The translations under genes were made by a program, and so were the position numbers. A DNA stretch of 32,000 bases from Nostoc sp. PCC 7120 = FACHB-418 (GTDB lineage Bacteria; Cyanobacteriota; Cyanobacteriia; Cyanobacteriales; Nostocaceae): contig NC_003272.1 of the NCBI RefSeq assembly GCF_000009705.1, positions 540,001 through 572,000 on the forward strand, read 5' to 3'. The notes under the pieces are model-generated. The model did not search any database. It worked only from the letters and a program-made list of their open reading frames with translations, and was not told where the DNA came from. Positions 1 to 9,100 of the stretch are shown here, piece after piece; position 1 is the first letter of the stretch, and each line of letters opens with the position of its first letter.

Positions 1-2032
1 GTTTGGGGCATCCGGCATCTAGCATTTCTAGTAAGCGAAATAGGGCTGTAGGTGCGTTCCCAATGGCGACAACTGCCCCTTCTAGATGTGGTCTCCACAA
101 TTCCAAAGCCGCCGCCGACCGCGTATTACCCAATTTTTTTGCTAGTTCTGGTACTTCTGGTTCATTCAAGGTGCAGATAACTTGATTATTGGCTCCTAAG
201 CGCCGTCTTGTCACCCCGTCGGCTACCATACGGCAATCGCACAAAATCGGTGCGCCGGCTGCTAGTGCTGCCCTGCCTGACTGTGCCGCCGTGGCTGAAT
301 ATCCTAAGTCTGTGACAATATCCGTCATTCCACAGGCATGAATCAGGCGTACTGCAACTTTTGCTATGTCTGGCGGGAGTATATCTAGGTTGGCTTCTGA
401 CCGGATGATAGCAAAGGAATTGCGGTAGATTTCATTAGCATCGTGGATGTAGTCAGACATAGGATTTGGTTGAGAAAATAACTGTTTTAGTTGGGGTGTC
501 TCATAGTGATTAGCGAATTGCCCAAAAGATTCGTTTGTTTTTGTGCATTCGTTTTTATACACTTTTAGTATTCGCTCTATCGTTGTCGGCAATTCAGCAA
601 CAGTTATATAGGGGTGAATTTCTCGACCGAATTTTTCATTACTATCACCGTCACCCACATAAACTTGATACCCCTCTCCCATTTCATTATTAACACCGAG
701 TAGAGTAATATCACTATTGCCGTGGTGGGCGCAGGATTTATCACAACCGCTAAAGTGGATAGTTACTGGGTGTTCTAGACTGATGTGAGAATCTAGATAA
801 TTTGCTAGCGCGAGGGCATGACTTTTAGTATCTGTAGCAGCCGCCGCACAACCTTGAATACCAGAACAAGCTACTAATCCACTCTTGATATTTGCGAGTG
901 AGAAATCTAATCCTAACCCCAAAACTTGACTCTGAACGTCAGTCAGCGATTGTTGAGGAATGTCTGTTAACAACAAGTTCTGCCAAGGTGTCAGCCTGAG
1001 AGTTCCATTCCCATATTTGGTAGATAAATCAGCTAAACCCCTGACTTGCCAAGTTTCCAAACGACCAAGGGGTAAAACAAGACCAATGTAATATAAGTTT
1101 TGTTGGTGTTGGGGATGAATGCCGATGTGGTGGTATTTACTATTTGACCTCCCCCCCAACCCCTCTTCTACAAGGATAGGGGAGAAATGCCTTGTCTTCT
1201 CCCCCTTCCCTCGTAGGGAAGGGGGTAGGGGGGTTAGGTTCTTTCCCCCAAGGGGAATCGTTAAACGTTTTTCAGCTTCTTGAAGATAATTATTTAACCC
1301 CAAACTGTTCACTACTTCTCGCAGACGGGGCTTGCGTTTACTGCTAGCGTCAGTATGCAATAAGTAAACATCCGCCAAGGCTGTTAAGACTGGTAAGCAT
1401 TCCTCTGGTAACAACAAAATTCCGATGTCAACAGGCGGTTTTCCTTTTGCACCGATACTTAAACACAGACGGAAGCAAACTTTGTTCTCTACTAAAGTGG
1501 CAGTAAAGGTGATATCGTTGAGGCGATCGCTTACCGAAACTAGTCCCCCACCATCAAAACACACGCTAAACTTTGCCGATAGTCCTGAGAAGACAGAATT
1601 TTCAGTAATGTAATTATCCCAGCTTCTAACGAAGGGGCGGGTATCGATTAATTCTTGAGGATCAATACCAGCCGTGGGACTGGTCATAATATTGCGGATT
1701 TGGTCTACGCCTGCATTGCTAGAACCCAAACCCAAATCTTGCAAATACTTGAGGACTGTAGAATCTATGCTGGCGCGTATTTCCCGGATTTGGACGTTAG
1801 CACGATTTGTCACATCGACATAGCCGCCACCATATTGGTCAGCAATATCTGCGATCGCCTGACATTGTGTACTATTAATAATTCCACCCGGTATTCTGAT
1901 GCGAGACAAGATCCCATCTTGGGCAGGCGTGGCATAAAACAAGCCAGGACAAGGTGTTAAACCAGACAACAAGACAATCACTCCTTCCCTGTGCGACGCA
2001 GAGATTAGACAGCTAACTCTTGGAATTGGCAT
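1..2032 (-). CDS. cobG: CobG-like precorrin-3B synthase (sulfite/nitrite-reductase-type hemoprotein) fused in frame to CobH/CbiC precorrin-8X methylmutase; the 3' end runs off the left edge
   Basis: Absent from the ORF track because no stop codon lies inside the window. My manual minus-strand translation from the ATG at 2032 stays open to position 1. It begins MPIPRVSCLISASHREGVIVLLSGLTPCPGLFYATPAQDGILSRIRIPGG and contains RLTPWQN. It carries the SiR/NiR-type cysteine cluster CX5C (ACSGIQGC) and CX3C (SGCDKSC). With no stop it continues as ..QPNPMSDYIHDANEIYRNSFAIIRSE..IHACGMTD..AIGNAPTALFRLLEML, which is typical of CobH/CbiC. I checked the frame codon by codon over 1-60, 421-1320 and 1921-2040; 61-420 and 1321-1920 were translated once without stops but not re-checked. 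Confidence 0.8.
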   Translation of the reverse strand, partial: MPIPRVSCLISASHREGVIVLLSGLTPCPGLFYATPAQDGILSRIRIPGGIINSTQCQAIADIADQYGGGYVDVTNRANVQIREIRASIDSTVLKYLQDLGLGSSNAGVDQIRNIMTSPTAGIDPQELIDTRPFVRSWDNYITENSVFSGLSAKFSVCFDGGGLVSVSDRLNDITFTATLVENKVCFRLCLSIGAKGKPPVDIGILLLPEECLPVLTALADVYLLHTDASSKRKPRLREVVNSLGLNNYLQEAEKRLTIPLGGKNLTPLPPSLRGKGEKTRHFSPILVEEGLGGRSNSKYHHIGIHPQHQQNLYYIGLVLPLGRLETWQVRGLADLSTKYGNGTLRLTPWQNLLLTDIPQQSLTDVQSQVLGLGLDFSLANIKSGLVACSGIQGCAAAATDTKSHALALANYLDSHISLEHPVTIHFSGCDKSCAHHGNSDITLLGVNNEMGEGYQVYVGDGDSNEKFGREIHPYITVAELPTTIERILKVYKNECTKTNESFGQFANHYETPQLKQLFSQPNPMSDYIHDANEIYRNSFAIIRSEANLDILPPDIAKVAVRLIHACGMTDIVTDLGYSATAAQSGRAALAAGAPILCDCRMVADGVTRRRLGANNQVICTLNEPEVPELAKKLGNTRSAAALELWRPHLEGAVVAIGNAPTALFRLLEMLDAGCPK
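1148..1240. repeat. GC-rich palindromic dispersed-repeat-like element embedded in frame in the cobG coding sequence
   Basis: The sequence cctcccccccaacccctcttctacaaggatagggga...ccccttccctcgtagggaagggggtaggggggttagg contains a perfect 9-bp hairpin (ccccttccc/gggaagggg) and a second imperfect hairpin (cccctcttc/ggatagggg). The outer arms are imperfectly inverted. On the minus strand it translates without a stop as ..GGKNLTPLPPSLRGKGEKTRHFSPILVEEGLGGRS... Its composition contrasts sharply with the flanking coding DNA. Confidence 0.6.
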
Positions 2033-2150
2033 TCTGACTCGGAAAGTTACAAGAGAAATTCTTGGGACTTTTCATCACAGCTGCGGCACAGCCCCGGAAT
2101 CGCACCGGAGTTTCCCAACACCAAGTTCTAGTAATCTACCATGAGTTGCC
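2025..2150 (-). promoter_or_regulatory. Cobalamin (B12) riboswitch in the cobG leader
   Basis: The minus-strand RNA reads GGUGUUGGGAAACUCCGGUGCGAUUCCGGGGCUGUGCCGCAGCUGUGAUGAAAAGUCCCAAG...GAGUCAGAAUGCC. This matches the conserved core GGGAA..GGUG..AUUCC..GCUG..CCGC..CUGU and a B12-box-like AGUCAGAAUGCC. The cobG AUG (2032-2030) lies inside the B12-box segment. Confidence 0.75.
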
Positions 2151-2350
2151 ACTCATCATATTGACTGCTTCATATTTTTCATTAACTCGATAGTCTTTGT
2201 TAATTAGAATAAATATTAAATAAACAGAAATTAATATACGATTCATACTTAATTTCTAAAATGTACATGGCGGGCAATGCCCAGTAAACACATACTGATA
2301 TTTTGCAAAAATTAAATCTGATTCCTATAGTTGTATTCAGTACTAATTAT

Positions 2351-2387
2351 AAAAAAGATAACCGATTTATTAAGTAAATCGGTTATC
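2351..2387 (-). terminator. Rho-independent terminator downstream of the GSP17M/ChaB gene
   Basis: A perfect 13-bp stem gataaccgattta / taaatcggttatc (2357-2369 and 2375-2387) with a 5-nt loop. On the minus strand a U-run follows it (the plus-strand A-run at 2351-2356). Confidence 0.6.
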
Positions 2388-2434
2388 TCAAATTTTAGCT
2401 CTTAAACTATTAACAAATGACAACAATATTATTG

Positions 2435-3202
2435 CTAAACTCCGACTTTAGCCTTTGACCAAACACCGTTTTCATCTTCGTCAAATTTTTGATGAACAGC
2501 TTCCCAAGCTGCTTGTTCAGCTGTAAACTCGTCAGTTGTCTCATTTAACACACCGTTATAACGTTCAATAAAGGTGCTTTGAGCTTCTGAGGAAAGGTGA
2601 GAACGGACTTCAGGAGATAAATCTTCTGGACTCTTGCAAGGCCCAGGACAAGGACGAGCCAAGGTTTTATCAATTGTGCTGAGTTCTTCTGCACCAGCAC
2701 TTTCCAAGAGGAGCTGGAATTCGCCGGCGCGATCGCTTGGTACTTCGGTTAATAACAAAAATTCGCCAGCTTGTAGGCGGGTTTGGTAGATTGCAGCTTT
2801 CTCCTCTGGCATCCCCAATGTGGTCAGAACGGAAACTAAACCAGCGCCAGCACTACCGGCGATCGCCCCACTAGCTGCCCCCAATAGTAAAGCACTGATG
2901 GGGCCTGCTGCCACAATCGGCCCGACGAAGGGAATAAACAGTACGCCTACACCTGTTAACAAACTGAGGAAGGAACCAAACAGGGAACCAAAAATTGCTC
3001 CTGTTCGCAAACCACCCAAAATCACATCTCTTTTGGTGATAAAACCTGCAATCCGAGTTTCAGATTGGAAGTTTCTGCCCATGACGGAGATATGGTCTCT
3101 GGGTACACCTCTATCTAACAAACGGCGAATTACATCATCAACTTGTTTCTGCTCTTTAAATACGGCAGATATAGTACGTTCTGCTTGATAAACTTCTGGC
3201 AC
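2435..3202 (-). CDS. Membrane protein with a general-stress-protein-17M-like N-terminus, a Gly-rich transmembrane core and a ChaB-like C-terminus
   Basis: 255-aa ORF. The N-terminus [32 protein letters not shown] resembles the GSP17M/YflT-type domain. It has a long Gly/Ala-rich hydrophobic segment. The C-terminus [45 protein letters not shown] resembles the ChaB family. The family assignment comes from motif recall only. Confidence 0.65.
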
Positions 3203-3390
3203 TTCTATACTCCCTAATTTTATTTGTACTGCGTGTGTTAGTTGTCAGTTGTTTTTATATCCGGTGTAATACTTTCCCTGTGAGTAGTCTTTCCATGATT
3301 TCCCCAGGGAAATTTTTGATTTCTCCATATCTCTGGGCCTTTGTGGTGGAAAAGTCTTTCCTGAATTACAAAGGCACAGAGAAAAAAGCA

Positions 3391-3930
3391 TTACACACCA
3401 ACAGGTGTTTTAGTTTCTGTTGCTGGTTGTGTACCATTTGGCTCAATTGGTTGCCCTTCAATAAATGAGCGCAACATCCAAGCAATCTCTTCATGTTCTT
3501 CCATGAGTCCGGTGAGGAAGTCGGCAGTTCCTTGATCTTGGAACTCATCACCACTGCGGTCTACATGGTCTCTAAGGTTGCGAATCAATTGCTCATGATC
3601 CTGCACAAGATTAGCGACCATTCCCGTAGCGCTAGGAACATCTCCAGCGTGTTCTTTGAGGGTGGCAAGTTGCAAAAATCCTTCCATTGAACCTATAGGA
3701 TAACCACCTAAAGTCCGGACTCGTTCAGCGATCGCATCAATATTCTCTGTCAGTTTTTCGTAGTGTTCTTCCCATAGTTGATGTAGACTGCGGAACTGTG
3801 GCCCAACCACATCCCAATGGTATTTTTTTGTTTTCACCAAAAGTAAATAAGAATCTGCTAAATCTTGATTCAACAGATTAATTACTCCTTGACGCTGTTC
3901 GTCTGTTAAACCAATGTTTATTCTAGGCAT
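3391..3930 (-). CDS. dps: Dps family DNA-protection/ferritin-like protein
   Basis: 179-aa ORF with LNQDLADSYLLLVKTKKYHWDVVGPQFRSLHQLWEEHYE...IAERVRTLGG, the characteristic Dps ferroxidase-centre region (HW..G..F..LH....EE). Confidence 0.9.
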   Translation of the reverse strand: MPRINIGLTDEQRQGVINLLNQDLADSYLLLVKTKKYHWDVVGPQFRSLHQLWEEHYEKLTENIDAIAERVRTLGGYPIGSMEGFLQLATLKEHAGDVPSATGMVANLVQDHEQLIRNLRDHVDRSGDEFQDQGTADFLTGLMEEHEEIAWMLRSFIEGQPIEPNGTQPATETKTPVGV

Positions 3931-4228
3931 TGCTTTTCATTCTCCGGTGAACCTATAGATTAAGTTCTCAAAATATCGGTTATATTTACATCGGTCACTG
4001 GAAAGATTGTCCTTTATGCGTAATTACAACTAAAGGATTACTTCGAGATTTGATTATGAAAAAATCCAAATATTATTAAGGTGGGTAATACCTAACAAAA
4101 CCCGTTCATGACTGGCAATAACCACACTACTCGTAATTCAAAAATTCCAGAGTATTTTTACAAGACTTATTGGCTGATTCGTGAAATTGCTCCCACATAC
4201 TAAATAATAGGCAGTAGGTATTTTGGGC

Positions 4229-4257
4229 GATTACCTATTACCTATTACCTATTATTG
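4229..4257. repeat. Heptamer tandem repeat (ttaccta x3), STRR-like
   Basis: gattacctattacctattacctatt lies in the intergenic spacer. A similar attaccc x3 array is at 15611-15631. Confidence 0.5.
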
Positions 4258-4301
4258 AAACCTTATCCTTTGATAGGTGGAGATTTCAAGATTCTTTATG
4301 C

Positions 4302-4661
4302 TTAATTTTTACCGGTGACTTTTTCCAGGAAGTTTTGGATATCACCTTCTACTGAGCTTGAGTCTTGGGAATTTGCAGGACGCTTCTGCTTATTGATATC
4401 TGCGGCTCCTTGAACTTCGTTTAGTCCTTCATTCGATTTCTTTTGAACTTCTTTTAGCCCAAGAGGTGCGGATCTAGCAACTTCATCAGTCGCTTTCTGG
4501 GTTTCTAAAAGTTGGTCTGTAGCTTCTGTAGGCTCACTTTGGTAGCTACTAATGGCAAAAGCAGGAACTGTGCTAGATAGAAATAGCAATGCACAAGTAA
4601 AAGCAACAATTAAAAAGCGGACTGGGCGTAACATAGATAAAGCAACACTAAAAATCTTCAT
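4302..4661 (-). CDS. Small secreted hypothetical protein (signal peptide, charged low-complexity body)
   Basis: 119-aa ORF. The N-terminus MKIFSVALSMLRPVRFLIVAFTCALLFLSSTVPAFA looks like a signal peptide with an AxA-type cleavage site. I recognise no family. Confidence 0.5.
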   Translation of the reverse strand: MKIFSVALSMLRPVRFLIVAFTCALLFLSSTVPAFAISSYQSEPTEATDQLLETQKATDEVARSAPLGLKEVQKKSNEGLNEVQGAADINKQKRPANSQDSSSVEGDIQNFLEKVTGKN

Positions 4662-5433
4662 TTGTAACCCTCATCGTTAGCATCAACTACTCTTAACTTT
4701 TACTTTGAGAAAGAAGCACATATTTTTATTTAAGCAAATTAAATAAATAGACTGCTTCTTTTGAAGTTGTTAAGTTACAAGCTTGGCGAATAATTATTTC
4801 TGATATACCTGTATTGAATTGGAAAATTCAAGTATTCAATCGGTTTTAGTTATTCCGCTTAAAGGCTTGCATGATGATTTTATATCCTAAAAAAATAAAC
4901 TAATACATCGACCCGTGGAGTGAATTTATCTTTGTTATTATTTACAATAAAATCATTCTTTAGATAGATCGAATTACAAATGAATTATCTATTTAATTAT
5001 TATATCAAAATTATTTATTCTTCAAAATATAGAAACCAAATAATCTGTTACTTAAAACAGTGATCTTTAAAGGTTGAATTATAATTACTGATGATAAAAA
5101 ATAAAGGTTTAAAACTACGTAGTAATACGGCAAAAATTCCCCAGGGCTGGTAATGAGTAAAAACTCTATAGTATACGGATATAAGATTTTCAGTTTGTTT
5201 TTATAATTATGTGATTTTGTAGTGATTTTCTGCGTAAGAATCCCTGGTATAGTTCATAAAAATGGTTTTTATGTAGTATCAAATTTCAGAAGAAGAAGCG
5301 ATCGCCTGAGCTATCGTTCCGCAAATGCGCTGACGATTCCCTTGCCCACCTTGATAAATTCAGCAGAATCACGGTTACGTAAATTTGTGCTTTTGATCAA
5401 AACTTCGATTATCCAGTTTATGAGGGTGAGTTG

Positions 5434-5679
5434 ATGATTAACCCTGTAACGAACGTCATTCGCGTCAATCAGGCAATGGCAAAAGAAGTTGCTCATGAGT
5501 GGGAGCGAGCCTCATGTAGTGAAATCAGTGCCTACTGTTTACATATCTTGCAAGAGATTGGTTGTAGTTATACTGAACTCCCAGAAAACCTACAAACACG
5601 CGAACAGCAACTTAACTTAATCGCAGGCTTTGCATCTTATGCTTTTGGGGAGGTAGAAAATGTCCAAACTGCTAATTGA
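5434..5679 (+). CDS. Hypothetical small protein, first of an overlapping pair
   Basis: The ORF-track entry starts at a TTG at 5431, and an ATG follows at 5434. Its 3' end overlaps the next ORF by 20 nt. I recognise no family. Confidence 0.4.
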   Translation: MINPVTNVIRVNQAMAKEVAHEWERASCSEISAYCLHILQEIGCSYTELPENLQTREQQLNLIAGFASYAFGEVENVQTAN

Positions 5680-5950
5680 AGATAATTTTGAAGATAATTT
5701 CTATGCTTCAGAATGGGCAGAGACGGTAACTGTACCAGCAACGGATGATGATTTGTTAATTTTGACTCAAAAGTTATCTAATCAGTTCGTCCCGACCCAG
5801 GTATTTTTTCAAGCTGTAGCGATCGCTGCCTATGATGGTGCATCCGCTTTCCGCTATGCTGATAATTATTTGACTAGCGCTAAACATAAAAATAGGCGTA
5901 AAAATCCCTTGTTGTTCAGGAAACCGTTGACAAATTTTGATTATAACTAA
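5660..5950 (+). CDS. Hypothetical small acidic protein, second of an overlapping pair
   Basis: 96-aa ORF whose start overlaps the upstream ORF, which suggests translational coupling. I recognise no family. Confidence 0.4.
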   Translation: MSKLLIEDNFEDNFYASEWAETVTVPATDDDLLILTQKLSNQFVPTQVFFQAVAIAAYDGASAFRYADNYLTSAKHKNRRKNPLLFRKPLTNFDYN

Positions 5951-6124
5951 AGCTTTACAGGTGTAGGTTTTTCACATCAGAGCTAGTCACCTCCTACGAT
6001 AGATTCTCTATTTATCTCTTCTCTGACTTGTTCAGCATTATTGTAAAAAACCTACATTCAAAATTAAAGATTACTGAGCTTGTGTCCCAAACTATCCAAG
6101 TCAGTATAGCTACATGAACAATCA

Positions 6125-9100
6125 TCAAAATCGAGTTTCATACTCAAATAAGAATTGACTTTCGTTTCCTAAATTAGTGGAGCCGCGCACCAGAATTTCA
6201 TCACTAAGACGATAGAGCAGGTTATAGCGCAAAGGTTCAGTAGTAGAAAAAGCTCGTGATAAAGAGACGGATAGATTGGGATTAAGGTTAAACACACCCT
6301 CTGCTGATAAATCGAGAACTGAAGCTCTTCTAGATTCCTGATTAGTGGTAGGGGTAGGAAAGATGCGAAATTCACTAAAACCAATAGCCTGTCCAATTGC
6401 CGTAATTGTGCCTTGCAAACCACCTAAAATAGTAGAACTGGCAAAATTAGTCAGCCCTTGTGTCGCATCGCCTTGAGCAAAGTCACTCAAAATCGAGCCA
6501 CCCAGCAGACTAATAATTTCGCCTCGGCTACGGCGTGGTTCGCTTGTTAGTTCCAGATTATTTGTTAATTCACTGGCTGGACCTGTCGCCCTTGCTTGTA
6601 CGCGAACGGTGCGTAAAGTTCCGAAGTTGTTAGCAGAAACATCACTGATTTCCGCAGAGAAAGGTGATTCTAAGATGCGATCGCTCCTAGTCGATGCTTC
6701 TGGTACAATTGCTACCAGTCGCACGTCTAAAATAGGGTCTAGTCCTTGATTTGGGGTAAATCGTGCGGTTTGTTCATAGCCCCGCGCCAAGGTAAACTCG
6801 GTTGTAAACAGGCTGATTCTTCCCCCCGTTAAACGGATGACTCCTTCAGGGAGAGGACTTGCTAAGGTACCATTGATTATTAAATCGCCTTCGGCATCGA
6901 AACTAAGTATCGGCTGACTAAAAACCTCTCCCCCTGGTAAAAAACCTAGTAGAGACTGACTGGTGACACGCACATCATCACCCAGATTCAACCGCAAATC
7001 TGCAAACTCTACGGGCAAATTCGGTCGAGTTGGTGGTTGCTGTGTGACTGTTGCTTCGGGAATATTGCTATTTAATTCTATAGTTGTGGCACGAGTGTTA
7101 GTTTCTGTTGTCGTTGTTTGTTTTGAGTTAGCTGTAGTGTTGCCAATAGTCACTTGACCATTGCTAAGTGTAATCTCACCACCAATTCTAGGTCTGAGTG
7201 CTGTTCCCCTAATCACAGCATTACCACTGACATCTCCTGTATATAAGCCTGCAACCTGGAAATTGAGTTGATTTTGGATTGCTACTGTTAGGGGATTAGT
7301 TACAGTTTCTCCAGTTGCAAAAATTGGTAGGTTTCCCGATGCAGAAACTAAACCTTGATTATACGTGGCTTGAATCCCCTGGACATTCAACGTATCGCCA
7401 TTAAACTGTAATGTGCCTGTAACGTTGGTGAGGGGATTGGCTAAAGCTTGAGCGCCAATCGTTGCATTGGTGATTGTGGCATTACCATTAATTATTGGCT
7501 GCTCGAAAGTCCCTTGAATGTTGAGATTTACCTGTCCTTGACCATCTACCCAAGTGACTTGATTATTAGTCAAGACATTTAACAGCGCCAAGCCTTCATT
7601 GTTCACGCTGGCGTTAACACTAATGTGATTATTATCTGGTGGCTCGGCAACGAAAGGTAACTCGGCTGGTATGCTACCTGCAATTGCAATGGGTTGGGTT
7701 CCTGTTAACAGTAAAGTACTGTCAAAATTCACACGAGCATTGTTATAGTCAAAATTTAGTTGCCCTGTTTGTATAGGTTGCTGGTTAAAAGTTGCGTTAG
7801 CTAAGGCTACTTCCCCAGTCACCCTGGGTTGTTGTAAACTACCGGCTAAATTAGCGATCGCATTTACTTGTCCTGTAATATCTATAGGATATCGGGTGAT
7901 AAACGGATCGAAGAGTGATAGAGGTAGACTGTCTACCCTCAACTGTCCCGATAACTCCTCAGTTCCTAACTGTCCTGCAAAAGCCACCAATCCCTGATTT
8001 ATGCCTATACGTAATGGTGAGAGGGTGACAACACCATCAGCAAAATTACCATTAGCGACGACTTCATTAATTGAGTAATCACCCCATCGCCAATCAGCGC
8101 CTTGAAAATCAAAGCCGACATTTAACCCAGTCCGCAACGAACCACTGGCTGTAATTGCCCCACTTAAAGCACCCGTTAATTCTGATAGGCTAGGTAAAGC
8201 TGGTGTTTGTTGTCTATCTGCTTGTTGTTGTTGTCTGATGGATGCTTGAATTTTGGCGAAATATTCTAACTGGGTTTGCAAATCTGCATTAGGTAAACGC
8301 ACAGGCGTAGTGTTGAGTGCTTCCGCACCCGCTAAAGTCGGTGATTCTAAACCCCCACCAAAATCTCCAAAATCAAATATACTAAACGCTTGTAATAGAT
8401 TTTCAACTCTCGTTTGATTTAAGTTAGCTTGTAGTTGAAAGCTGGGGTCATTGCCTGCTTGCAAACTGCCACTAACAGCGATGTTACTATCACCTAACCT
8501 TAATAACCCGTTAGCTAAACTAGCAGTACCATCAGCGTAGTTAATATTACCGCGAAATTCGTCGGCTGAGGCTCTGGCAATCCGGGGATTAGCAATTGCC
8601 ACATCTCCAGCTACGGCATAAGTATTTAAATTAACAACTAAATTCCCCGATAACTCTCCGCCCAAAGGTCTGAATTGATTATTAGGTAGAAAACCACTCA
8701 CCAGAGCGATGGGGAACTGTTGAGCGTTGATGATTAAGTTATCTCCCTCGGTTCTACCTGTCGTGACAGCGCCAGCACGTTGGACTAAAAACGAACTGGG
8801 GCGATAATTGGCATCCAGGTTTAGGGCTATCTTGTCTTGCGTCCCGGCGAGTCGCAAACTCGCCCCTTGTCCTCCTTGAAAATTCACATTACCAGTTAAA
8901 ACCGGGTCAAATGCCAAACTACCCACATTGAAATTGCGTAGCCGGATATTGCCCCTAGCCGCAGGAGTATTGAGAGTGCCGGTCACTTGTCCATTAAAAT
9001 CCAGTAACCCAGCTATTGCTACATCTCCAGGGGTTTGAAAACCAGTTTTACTGAGGTCAAAATTCTGCGCGCGGACATTCAAATTCAAGCCTGCGATTTG

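Noticed and set aside
1425-1960. Plus-strand ORFs of 62 and 101 aa
   Set aside because: They lie antisense to the continuous minus-strand CobG reading frame, which has strong family motifs. I treat them as shadow ORFs.
2820-3188. Plus-strand 122-aa ORF
   Set aside because: It is antisense to the Gly/Ala-rich membrane segment of the 255-aa gene. Its Pro/Ala/Lys-rich translation is typical of a reverse-frame artefact.
3235-3690. Small ORFs on both strands around the dps 3' end (77, 62 and 65 aa)
   Set aside because: They overlap the well-supported dps gene or its downstream spacer, and they have hydrophobic or Cys-rich low-complexity translations with no support.
2435-3930. The shared C-terminal tripeptide VGV on the ChaB-domain protein (..KAKVGV) and on Dps (..KTPVGV)
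   Set aside because: Three residues is too short to separate a sorting or degradation tag from coincidence, and I know of no such motif.
5222-5496. A 70-aa plus-strand ORF and a 61-aa minus-strand ORF in the AT-rich region
   Set aside because: They overlap each other, one has a non-ATG start, their composition looks like non-coding AT-rich DNA, and I recognise no motifs.
5955-6060. The 11-bp inverted repeat tgtaggttttt ... aaaaacctaca downstream of tamB as a terminator
   Set aside because: The arms are about 75 nt apart, too far for a canonical intrinsic terminator. It may be structural, but I cannot support a call.
6169-7157. An alternative-frame 84-aa minus-strand ORF and a 64-aa plus-strand ORF inside tamB
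   Set aside because: Both are fully embedded in the 1829-aa TamB frame and have no independent support.
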